The position numbers and the translations under genes are program-made. The notes under the pieces are model-generated. The model was not told where the DNA came from. It did no database searches and worked only from the letters and a program-made list of their open reading frames with translations. 51,437 nt of DNA from Pseudomonadota bacterium (GTDB lineage: Bacteria; Pseudomonadota; Alphaproteobacteria; Caulobacterales; Aquidulcibacteraceae), in the NCBI GenBank assembly GCA_016195245.1, contig JACQAC010000057.1, forward strand, positions 1 through 51,437, given 5' to 3'. How positions within the stretch are numbered: the first letter of the stretch is position 1; every line of letters starts with the position of its first letter. Shown in pieces: positions 28,297 through 36,518 of this stretch.

Positions 28297-29598
28297 TCAA
28301 GCGGTGCCGTATTTGGTCTGAATGTTAATCCCGATGCTGCGAAGAAAATCAGTCGGCAATACGCCGCCTGCGCAAATGATCACGGCATCATTCGGAAAAT
28401 GACGCTGACGACCGTTGCGTTCAAGAAGGACGTTTTCCGGTTCGATCTGAATGATGTTGGTCGACAGCAATAGTCGAAGCGCGCCGCTTTCGGCCGCGCG
28501 CGCGATGCGCTCTCGGTTGCGTGGCTTTGCGCGTCCGAGAGCCGCGCCGCGATAGGCCAAGATCACCTCCGCGTCCGTTTCCTCGACCAAGGAGGCGGCC
28601 GCCTCAAGCGCGCTATCGCCGCCTCCGACGACGAGAACGCGCATCCCCGCATATTGTTCGGGGTCGATGAGACGATAAACCACGTGGGGCAGATCTTCTC
28701 CGGGTACGTCAAGCGCACGGGGAGTTCCCCGCCGGCCGATCGCGAGCAATACGCTGCCGGCGCGCACTTCACGCTGCGTGGTTGCGATGGAAAAGACGCC
28801 GCTGACATCTTCGATGCGCGTTACCCGTTCGTCGTAGATGATGTTTGCTCCGCTATCGCGCACGACGTTGGACCAAAATTCCAAGAGCGATTCCTTGTTG
28901 ATCTCGCGAAATTTGACCTCGCCATAACCGGGCAAGGTCGCTGGCTGGGTCATAACGAGCTTGTTGCGGGGAAAATGCGCAACCGTTCCGCCGAAAGTTT
29001 CCTGTTCGATCGTAAGATAGTTCAAGCCGTGTTGCTGTGCGGCGAGACTGGCTGAAATGCCGGCGGGGCCGGCGCCGACAATAACGAGGTCGTAGTCTGC
29101 GCCGTGGGCGCGGGGCAAACGGGCGATCTCATCGACGGCCTGACGGCCTTGTTCGATGGCATTGCGGATGAGGCCCATTCCGCCCAGCTCGCCAGCGATG
29201 AAGACGCCCGGGACGTTGGTTTGAAAATCAGGTCCAACATGCGGCAATTCAATGCCGCGTTTTTCGGTCCCAAACACCAGTTGGATTGCATCGACCGGAC
29301 ATGCGGTCCGGCATGCGCCGTGGCCGATGCATTCTGTAGGGGAAATCAGTACCGCCTTTCCGCTAATGCGGCCCAGCACATCGCCTTCGGGACACGCCGC
29401 TACGCACGCGCCACAGCCAATGCACTTCAACGGATCGATCTTTGGATGCAGCGACGTGGGCTGATCCAGGCCCGCTTCAAGCGCTGCCTCGCGGGCAAGA
29501 CGCGCTTCGTTCTCGCGCCGTCCGCGCCGCACAATGTAGAAGCCCACAATGCCAACAAGCGGAAGAACGTACCAAAGCAAGCTTGGGTCAAGCGCCAT
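28297..29598 (-). CDS. Membrane-anchored ferredoxin-domain FAD/NAD(P)H oxidoreductase (thioredoxin-reductase-like fold)
   Basis: N-terminal TM; CIGCGACVAACP and CIGHGACRTACP; IVGAGPAG (FAD) and VVGGGDSA (NAD(P)H) motifs. Confidence 0.88.
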   Translation of the reverse strand: MALDPSLLWYVLPLVGIVGFYIVRRGRRENEARLAREAALEAGLDQPTSLHPKIDPLKCIGCGACVAACPEGDVLGRISGKAVLISPTECIGHGACRTACPVDAIQLVFGTEKRGIELPHVGPDFQTNVPGVFIAGELGGMGLIRNAIEQGRQAVDEIARLPRAHGADYDLVIVGAGPAGISASLAAQQHGLNYLTIEQETFGGTVAHFPRNKLVMTQPATLPGYGEVKFREINKESLLEFWSNVVRDSGANIIYDERVTRIEDVSGVFSIATTQREVRAGSVLLAIGRRGTPRALDVPGEDLPHVVYRLIDPEQYAGMRVLVVGGGDSALEAAASLVEETDAEVILAYRGAALGRAKPRNRERIARAAESGALRLLLSTNIIQIEPENVLLERNGRQRHFPNDAVIICAGGVLPTDFLRSIGINIQTKYGTA

Positions 29599-29608
29599 TG
29601 GCGTAGCC

Positions 29609-30778
29609 TCAGGCCCCCGGAACGTTCAACTCAGTGGCGGCGGCGCGCAGACGCTGCTGGGCTGCTCCATCGCCGTTGAACGCGCGCAATGCAGATTGCA
29701 GCGCGGCGCCCGCGCGATCGGCCTGCCCGAGCACCATGCGCGAACGCATCAGACGCACCCATCCGTCCGCGTCACGAGGGTTCTGGGCCAACCGTTGTTC
29801 CAGGCCGTCCACCATTCCCGCGATCATTTGCTGTTGCGCTTCCGGCGATGCCTGCTGCGCCTGAGCAACAACGCCCGCGGACAGCGGAGGCGCGCGCGAG
29901 AGGGATGCCGCCGGCGCTGGCGGCATCCGCCCTGCGATGTTCAAGCCAATCTGACGCGCTGCGGTTTCGGCGCTCTCCCGCATGCGCGGCGCCCATTGCG
30001 AGTCTGGCGCAGCAGCGCGAACGCCCGCAATCCAATCGTCAATCGCACCGCGCGCGTCGCCGCTCTGAGATTTCGCGAGAGCGAGATAATAGCGTGCTCG
30101 CTCGTCATGTGCATCGCGAGAAAGAGCGGTTTGAAAATCCTGGCGCGCGGCCGCTGTGACTGAGCCGCCATTGGCTTGCGTGACCGCCTCGGCGAGCGCG
30201 GACTTGTAGCTTGCTTCCTGTGGCGCGAGAGCGACCGCCCGGCGGTATGCGTCGACAGCCTCCGGGAAGTGATTGGTTTCAAAATAAGACCAGCCGAGCA
30301 TGCGCCAGCCTTCCGCATCGTTGGGCGAGCTCTCCAGCCGCGCGCGCAAACGCTGGATCATGGTGTCAACGTCAGGGAGTGATTGCGCGGCGGCCGCGGC
30401 CGGCGCGGCGTCGGCGCCGCGAGCGGCGCTTTGCATTTGTGGTGCGCCGGTCGCGGCATAGAGTACAGCCGATCCTAGCACGACAATGAGCGCCACAGCG
30501 GCGGCGGTGACGCGGTCGAACTGAGCGCTTGCGGGAGACGCGACAGGGGCGGCGGGGGGTGCTTCGAGAATGCGCCGTTCGACTTCGGTGCGCAACTCAA
30601 CCGCCGCACTGGCATCGACATCGCCTGCTGCTTCGTCGCGCGCGATCGCATCAAGTTGCGCCTTGTAAACATCCACGGACGTCGCCGCGGCCGGTGGAGC
30701 GCGGCGCGTACGCAGAAATGGCAATGCAACAAGCAAGCCGGCACACACAGCGAGTGCGGTCAGCGCAAACCAAAGCAT
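29609..30778 (-). CDS. ccmI: Cytochrome c biogenesis protein CcmI/CycH
   Basis: N-terminal TM, VYKAQL..I.RD...G, second TM, TPR region (PNDAEGWRMLG), LAQNPRDADGW. Confidence 0.9.
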   Translation of the reverse strand: MLWFALTALAVCAGLLVALPFLRTRRAPPAAATSVDVYKAQLDAIARDEAAGDVDASAAVELRTEVERRILEAPPAAPVASPASAQFDRVTAAAVALIVVLGSAVLYAATGAPQMQSAARGADAAPAAAAAQSLPDVDTMIQRLRARLESSPNDAEGWRMLGWSYFETNHFPEAVDAYRRAVALAPQEASYKSALAEAVTQANGGSVTAAARQDFQTALSRDAHDERARYYLALAKSQSGDARGAIDDWIAGVRAAAPDSQWAPRMRESAETAARQIGLNIAGRMPPAPAASLSRAPPLSAGVVAQAQQASPEAQQQMIAGMVDGLEQRLAQNPRDADGWVRLMRSRMVLGQADRAGAALQSALRAFNGDGAAQQRLRAAATELNVPGA

Positions 30779-31266
30779 CAGGAAACTCCAGTCCCAGGGG
30801 GCGGCTGCTTCGCATTCGTCAGCAGCTGATTCAGTCGGCGGCGCTCGTCAGCGCTAAGAGGCGGCGGCGCTGCTTCGCTTCGCCTGCGGACCTGGGAGAA
30901 AAGACCCAGAAGTGCCAGCGCAAAGATGGCAAACGGCGCGATCCAGAGCGCCCAAGTATCAGGTTGCCAGGGCGGACGCAGCAAGACGAAGTCACCGTAC
31001 CGGGCGACGATGTAGTCGATCACTTGCCGATCGCTATCACCCGCCATCAGGCGTTCGCGCACCAAGAGACGCATGTCGTGCGCAAGCGGAGCGTTGGAAT
31101 CGTCAATTGTCTGGTTCTGACAAACGACACAGCGCAGGTGCTCGCTGATGTCGCGTGCCCGCGCCTCAAGCGCCGGATCGCGCAACATCTCCGAGGGCTC
31201 AACGGCGAGTGCAGGCGCGGCCATCACGAAGAGGCAAACGGCAAGAATTGGCTTGAGCAATTTCAT
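30778..31266 (-). CDS. ccmH: Cytochrome c biogenesis protein CcmH/CycL
   Basis: LRCVVCQNQTIDDSNAPLA, RYGDFVLLRPP. Confidence 0.95.
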   Translation of the reverse strand: MKLLKPILAVCLFVMAAPALAVEPSEMLRDPALEARARDISEHLRCVVCQNQTIDDSNAPLAHDMRLLVRERLMAGDSDRQVIDYIVARYGDFVLLRPPWQPDTWALWIAPFAIFALALLGLFSQVRRRSEAAPPPLSADERRRLNQLLTNAKQPPPGTGVS

Positions 31267-31799
31267 GGCTCATTCTCAAGCTGGGTCATAATCGGCTCGA
31301 TCGTCTGTTGCCACACCTCCGGTGTTATTGGGCCGACTTGTTTGAACCGAATCCTGCTGTGACGGTCCAGGATAAAGGTCTCCGGCGCCCCAGTGACACC
31401 AAGTTCAAGCGCAAACCGACCGCTCTCGTCGCTGCCGATGCGTGTAAACGGGTCGCCGGCCTGCGCCAGATACGCCCGGCAGTCGGCGGGCGATTCCTTC
31501 CAATTGATCCCGTAGATCGGAACATGTCGTTCGCTTGCGAGCGCGACGAGCGTCGGATGCTCCTGACGGCAAGGACCGCACCACGACGCAAACACATTCA
31601 CCAGCACGACCTGTCCTCGAACGTCATTGCTGACGAATTCGGCGTCTCCCTGACGCACAGGTGCCAGCGTGAACTGTGGCATTGGCTGGTTGATCAATGC
31701 AGACGGCAGGATCGAAGGGTCGTGATCAAGGCCGAACCAGAACGCCGTCGCAACCACCACAAAGAGTCCGACGGGAATGAACAAGATCAAGCGGTTCAT
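31263..31799 (-). CDS. ccmG: Thiol:disulfide interchange protein CcmG/DsbE
   Basis: Start MNRLILF (ATG 31799), LPSALI, NVFASWCGPCRQEHP, GVTGAPETF. Confidence 0.93.
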   Translation of the reverse strand: MNRLILFIPVGLFVVVATAFWFGLDHDPSILPSALINQPMPQFTLAPVRQGDAEFVSNDVRGQVVLVNVFASWCGPCRQEHPTLVALASERHVPIYGINWKESPADCRAYLAQAGDPFTRIGSDESGRFALELGVTGAPETFILDRHSRIRFKQVGPITPEVWQQTIEPIMTQLENEP

Positions 31800-33778
31800 G
31801 GCGATGTGGCAGCCGCCATGACCGCCGACTTCGCGGAAGCCGTTGTCGCAGAACGCAGCCCGCCGGACCAGGAGAGCGCGCCTCCGAGCGCCATGATCGC
31901 GGCGCCCAGCCAAATCCAAATCGCCAGTGGGTGGCGATAGAGCCTCACCGTCCACTTGCCATCGTCGCCACGCTCACCAAGGGCGGCATAGGTATTGGCG
32001 ACTAAGTTGCTGCGCACCGAAGCCTCCGTCGTTTGCATCTCGCGATCGGGGTAAAAGCGCCGCTCTGGCGTTAGAAGAAATGCGATATCTTCTCCGTGTG
32101 AGAAGGAGAGCACCGAGCGTTCGGCTTCGTAGTTCGAGCCTGTACCGGTCGTCACTGACAGCATCTGCACGTCGTAGCCCGCGAAGCGCAGGCTTTCGCC
32201 GGGTTGCAGGCTGGAAGTCAGTTCCTGCTTCCAGGCATTGGCCGCCACGAGCCCCGCCAGCAACAGACCGACCCCCAAATGCGCGAACACAACGCCGTAA
32301 ACCGTGCGGGGTAGGGCAAGCGCGAGGCGCGTGGACTCAAGCCAGGGCGCTTTGCCAATGCGAATGCGTTTGGCGACGATCGAGACCGACGCGGCCATGA
32401 TCCAAACCGCCAGGGCGATGCCCACGGCAGCGACTGGTGTGCGTGCGCCGGTAAGCACCAGCGAGATCAAGCCCGCAAGGGCGCCGGCAATTGCCGCCCA
32501 ACCCAATTTCCGCAGACCATTGGCGAGCGTATCGCTGCGCCACTTCAGCATTGGCCCCACTGCCATGCCGGCAAGAACGGGCGCGACGAGCGGCACGAAG
32601 GTCAGCGCATAGAAAGGGGCGCCAACCGAAATTCTATCGCTTCCTAGAAGCTCGATCAGCAGCGGATAAAATGTGCCGATAAAAACCGTGGCCATAGCCG
32701 TCACGATCAGCGCGTTGTTGAGGATCAAGCTTCCTTCGCGGCTGACGATGGAGAAGGGCGCGCCAGATCTGAGATTGTTGGCGCGCAGTGCGTAGAGCAG
32801 CAGGCCGCCGCCGGTCGCGACGCCAAGCAGAAGTAGGATGAAGACGCCGCGTTGTGGGTCGACCGCAAAGGCATGCACGCTCGTCAGCACGCCCGAGCGC
32901 ACGACAAAGGTGCCGATGAGGCTGAGCGAGAACGTCAATATGGACAGCAGCAACGTCCAGCGAACAAAGGATTCGCGTCTTTCCATCACGAGAGCGGAGT
33001 GGAGCAGTGCGGTGCCAAGCAGCCACGGCATCAGAGAAGCGTTCTCGACCGGGTCCCAGAACCACCAGCCACCCCAGCCGAGTTCGTAGTACGCCCACAA
33101 CGACCCAAGCGCGATGCCAGTCGTCAAGAACACCCACGCAGCGAGAATCCACGGCCGCGCGTGGCGCGCCCACGCAGCATCGGCGCGCCCCTCAAGCAAA
33201 GCGGCGACGGCAAATGAAAAGGCTGTCGAGAACCCAACATAGCCAAGATAAAGCATCGGAGGATGCGATGCGAGGCCGGGGTCTTGCAGGAGAGGATTGA
33301 GCCCGTTTCCTTGCAACGGCGCCGGATCCAACCGCGCGAACGGGTTCGACGTGAAGATCAGGAACGCAAGAAAGCCGACGCCAATGAGCCCCTGCGTCGC
33401 CAACACACGCGCGCGCATCGTTGATGGAATAGTGCGGCCAAGGAGGGCTACCGTCGCGCCGAACACCGCCAGGATCAGCACCCAGAGCAGCATCGAGCCT
33501 TCATGGTTTCCCCAGGTGCCGGCAAGTCTGTAGATGAGCGGCTGGCTCGTGTGGGAATTGGTGGCGACCACCTCAACGGAGAAGTCGGAGACCGCGAAAG
33601 AGATCATCAAGCAGCCGAACGCGACTCCAACGAAGAAAAGTTGCGCTATCGCGCCGACATCGCCGAACGCCATCGCGCGCGCATCGCGCCGCGCTGCGCC
33701 GATCAGCGGCAGGATCGTTTGCGCGAGCGCAATCATCAACGCCAGAATCAACGCGAAGCGCCCGATCTCTGGAATCAT
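31796..33778 (-). CDS. ccmF: Heme lyase subunit CcmF
   Basis: WGNHEGS, HPPMLYLGY, WAYYELGWGGWWFWDPVENAS, SVHAFA. Confidence 0.97.
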   Translation of the reverse strand: MIPEIGRFALILALMIALAQTILPLIGAARRDARAMAFGDVGAIAQLFFVGVAFGCLMISFAVSDFSVEVVATNSHTSQPLIYRLAGTWGNHEGSMLLWVLILAVFGATVALLGRTIPSTMRARVLATQGLIGVGFLAFLIFTSNPFARLDPAPLQGNGLNPLLQDPGLASHPPMLYLGYVGFSTAFSFAVAALLEGRADAAWARHARPWILAAWVFLTTGIALGSLWAYYELGWGGWWFWDPVENASLMPWLLGTALLHSALVMERRESFVRWTLLLSILTFSLSLIGTFVVRSGVLTSVHAFAVDPQRGVFILLLLGVATGGGLLLYALRANNLRSGAPFSIVSREGSLILNNALIVTAMATVFIGTFYPLLIELLGSDRISVGAPFYALTFVPLVAPVLAGMAVGPMLKWRSDTLANGLRKLGWAAIAGALAGLISLVLTGARTPVAAVGIALAVWIMAASVSIVAKRIRIGKAPWLESTRLALALPRTVYGVVFAHLGVGLLLAGLVAANAWKQELTSSLQPGESLRFAGYDVQMLSVTTGTGSNYEAERSVLSFSHGEDIAFLLTPERRFYPDREMQTTEASVRSNLVANTYAALGERGDDGKWTVRLYRHPLAIWIWLGAAIMALGGALSWSGGLRSATTASAKSAVMAAATSP

Positions 33779-33893
33779 TGCGATGCCTCCACAATTTCAA
33801 AGCAGTAGCTGCTTCTTGAGTGGTGGTAGTCAGTAACGTATTGGATAGAGTCAAGCGTTAGTGGCGGTACGCATCAGGAGGGCGCGAACGAGC

Positions 33894-34790
33894 ATGAGTA
33901 GTGACAGCGCCCTCGCGGGATCGGTAAGCGTAACGCGCGCCAGGCGTCGCTTTGATGACGGGCCAATTGCGCTTGTCATTTTTGTTATCTGCGTTGTCGG
34001 CGTGCTGTATTTGGCTTGGCAGCATCGCGGTGAGAGTTGGTTGGACCCTCGCCATGGGTGGGGTTACCCGCTTGGAATCGTCGGCGGATCGATGATGCTG
34101 GCGTTGCTGCTTTACCCTCTGCGCAAGCGCGCCAAGTCAATGCGAACTTTGGGGAGCGTGGCGACGTGGTTTCGCTTGCACATGATCCTCGGCATTGTTG
34201 GGCCCGTCTTGGTCGTTGTTCATTCCAACTTTGAAATTAAGTCGCTCAATGCAGCTGTCGCGCTGTATTCCATGTTGATCGTGTCTGGGAGCGGCATAGT
34301 CGGACGGTACTTTTACGGACGCATCCATCGAGGCCTGTACGGCAGCAAGGTTGAGGCGCGTGAACTGATTGCTGAGGCGCAAGGGTTTCGCCGAGACATG
34401 GATGTCGATGTCAGGGCGGCGGCGCAAAATGTTGTCCTTGCCGCCTTGGAGCGCGAGGCGATGACCCAATCCCGCGGCTTCTTCTCAGCGGTGGCGCATG
34501 CAGTTTCTCTTAACGTACATGCCGCACGCAGCGAGCGGGAACTCATTGCCGACTGCGATCGCGAGTTGGAAAGCTGGGCGAGCCAGGAACGCTGGCCGGC
34601 TCGTGTGCGATCCAGGCGGATAGCAGAAGCGCATCGCAAGATACGCCGCTACCACGACGCGGTGCGCCGGGTTGGATCGCTTGCGGTTTACGAGCGCCTA
34701 TTTTCGGCGTGGCACGTACTCCACTTGCCTTTGTTTTTCATGCTGATCCTCACCGCGCTCATTCACGTCGTCGCGGTTCACCTTTATTAG
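33894..34790 (+). CDS. Inner-membrane protein, cytochrome-b/ferric-reductase-like (His-rich TM helices)
   Basis: About five TM helices; WFRLHM, VVHSNF, SGIVGRYFY, WHVLHLPL, IHV. AGGAGG upstream of ATG 33894; alternative GTG at 33861. Confidence 0.75.
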   Translation: MSSDSALAGSVSVTRARRRFDDGPIALVIFVICVVGVLYLAWQHRGESWLDPRHGWGYPLGIVGGSMMLALLLYPLRKRAKSMRTLGSVATWFRLHMILGIVGPVLVVVHSNFEIKSLNAAVALYSMLIVSGSGIVGRYFYGRIHRGLYGSKVEARELIAEAQGFRRDMDVDVRAAAQNVVLAALEREAMTQSRGFFSAVAHAVSLNVHAARSERELIADCDRELESWASQERWPARVRSRRIAEAHRKIRRYHDAVRRVGSLAVYERLFSAWHVLHLPLFFMLILTALIHVVAVHLY

Positions 34791-34798
34791 CGGCGCAA

Positions 34799-36364
34799 AT
34801 GCGGTGGATACTACGTCTAGCAGCCGTCCTGATCGCGGCGATGACGCTGTTTGGCGTAGCCCAGGCGCAATCCGTTATAGAGCGGCTCGTTTCGCCAGGA
34901 CCCCTCGCGGCCGCGCACGCAAACGTCGAGGGGCGTTGCGCGTCGTGTCACGCGCCATTTAACAGAACAGCGCAAGCGCAACTCTGTGTCACGTGCCATC
35001 GACCGATCGGCGCAGATCTCGCTGCTCATACCGGCTTTCATGGGCGCGACCGCGCGGCTTCGACAGCAAGCTGCGGTTCATGCCATTCGGATCACCACGG
35101 GCGCGCGAACGCACTGGTGCGGTTCGATGCTCGAACCTTCGATCACACGCAAACCGATTATCCTCTTCACGGCGCCCACGCGAGTGTGACGTGCGTGTCC
35201 TGCCATCCGGTTGGCCGCAAGTACCGGCTCGCATCAACGGCGTGCGTCGACTGCCATCGAACAGACGAACCCCACCACGGACGCCTCGGTGTGCGCTGCA
35301 GTTCATGCCACACAGACGAGAGCTGGCATCAAATTCGGTTTGATCACTCGAGCACGCAATTTCCTTTGGTGGGCGCCCACCTGCGCGCGCGATGCGTTAC
35401 CTGCCACGCCAACGAGCGCTACGACGGCACGCCTACAACGTGCGTCGCGTGTCACCAGAGTGACGACGCGCACCATGGAAGTCTCGGTCCGAATTGCGGC
35501 GAGTGCCATTCCGCCGTCGATTGGCACGCGCAACGCTTTGACCACAGCCGAACGCGCTTTCCATTGAGAGGGCGTCACGCTGCAATTCAGTGTTCGGCGT
35601 GTCACGCGCAGCCCGCGGGACAAGTGCGCCTGCCAACGGACTGCCTATCGTGCCATCGCGCTGACGATCAGCGTGCGCACCAGGGGCATAACGGCGCCGC
35701 CTGTCAGGAATGTCATTCAGAGACAGACTGGCGGCGCTCCAACTTCGATCACACGCGGCAGACGCAGTTTCCACTCCGCGGGCGGCATGCCGGCCTGACC
35801 TGTCAGCAGTGTCACGTTCAGCCGGCTCGGCAGGTGCGCCTCGCGATGACCTGCATATCTTGCCATCGCGCCGATGATGCGCACGCCGGTCAGGAGGGCG
35901 CGCAATGTGAGCAGTGTCATAGCGACGCCGGCTGGACGACCTCGGTGCGTTTTGACCATGGACTGACGAGGTTTCCCCTCATTGGCGAACACGCCAGCGC
36001 CACATGTGCGTCTTGTCATCAAACACGTCGCTTCAAAGATGCTCCGGAGCAGTGTGTAACGTGCCACCGCGATGACGATCGCCACGAAGGACGGCTCGGA
36101 GTGAACTGCGGCGCGTGCCATAACCCCGTCGCGTGGGCCCGTTGGTCGTTTGACCATGATCACCAGACGCATTTTCCTCTGACCGGTGCGCACGCAGGCC
36201 TGCAATGTGAAGCGTGTCATACGCAGCGCATGCGTGATCGCGTCCATCAATCGGATGCCTGCATTACTTGTCACCGGGCTGACGATGCGCACCGCGGCGA
36301 GTTCGGACCCGAGTGCGGCCGCTGCCATACCACCGAGATGTTCCGCGGCGCGCGGCGTTTGTAA
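34799..36364 (+). CDS. Exported multiheme cytochrome c, 21 CXXCH
   Basis: Signal peptide MRWILRLAAV...AQA; 21 CXXCH counted by hand, in seven tri-heme units linked by FDH..T.(F/Y)PL.G.H. Confidence 0.95.
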   Translation: MRWILRLAAVLIAAMTLFGVAQAQSVIERLVSPGPLAAAHANVEGRCASCHAPFNRTAQAQLCVTCHRPIGADLAAHTGFHGRDRAASTASCGSCHSDHHGRANALVRFDARTFDHTQTDYPLHGAHASVTCVSCHPVGRKYRLASTACVDCHRTDEPHHGRLGVRCSSCHTDESWHQIRFDHSSTQFPLVGAHLRARCVTCHANERYDGTPTTCVACHQSDDAHHGSLGPNCGECHSAVDWHAQRFDHSRTRFPLRGRHAAIQCSACHAQPAGQVRLPTDCLSCHRADDQRAHQGHNGAACQECHSETDWRRSNFDHTRQTQFPLRGRHAGLTCQQCHVQPARQVRLAMTCISCHRADDAHAGQEGAQCEQCHSDAGWTTSVRFDHGLTRFPLIGEHASATCASCHQTRRFKDAPEQCVTCHRDDDRHEGRLGVNCGACHNPVAWARWSFDHDHQTHFPLTGAHAGLQCEACHTQRMRDRVHQSDACITCHRADDAHRGEFGPECGRCHTTEMFRGARRL

Positions 36365-36382
36365 GGTTTGTTATCTTACAAA
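36358..36382. promoter_or_regulatory. Candidate regulator-binding palindrome, copy 2 (upstream of the second cytochrome)
   Basis: TTTGTAAG-N9-CTTACAAA perfect 8-bp arms; near-identical to the reverse complement of 24322-24342. Confidence 0.55.
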
Positions 36383-36518
36383 GATTTTCGCGCAGCATCC
36401 ACGCGCGCTGAGTTAGGGTCATGTTAAGCGGACTCGAAAAGAGTCACCGACGTCGTTGTCGGGGGAGAGGTCGAACGACGCGGGGTTCGATCGCAGGAAG
36501 AAGTTCGGTAGGCGCTGC

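Noticed and set aside
36413-36427. TTAG-N7-TTAA resembling a CtrA box
   Set aside because: One mismatch, single occurrence, no supporting context.
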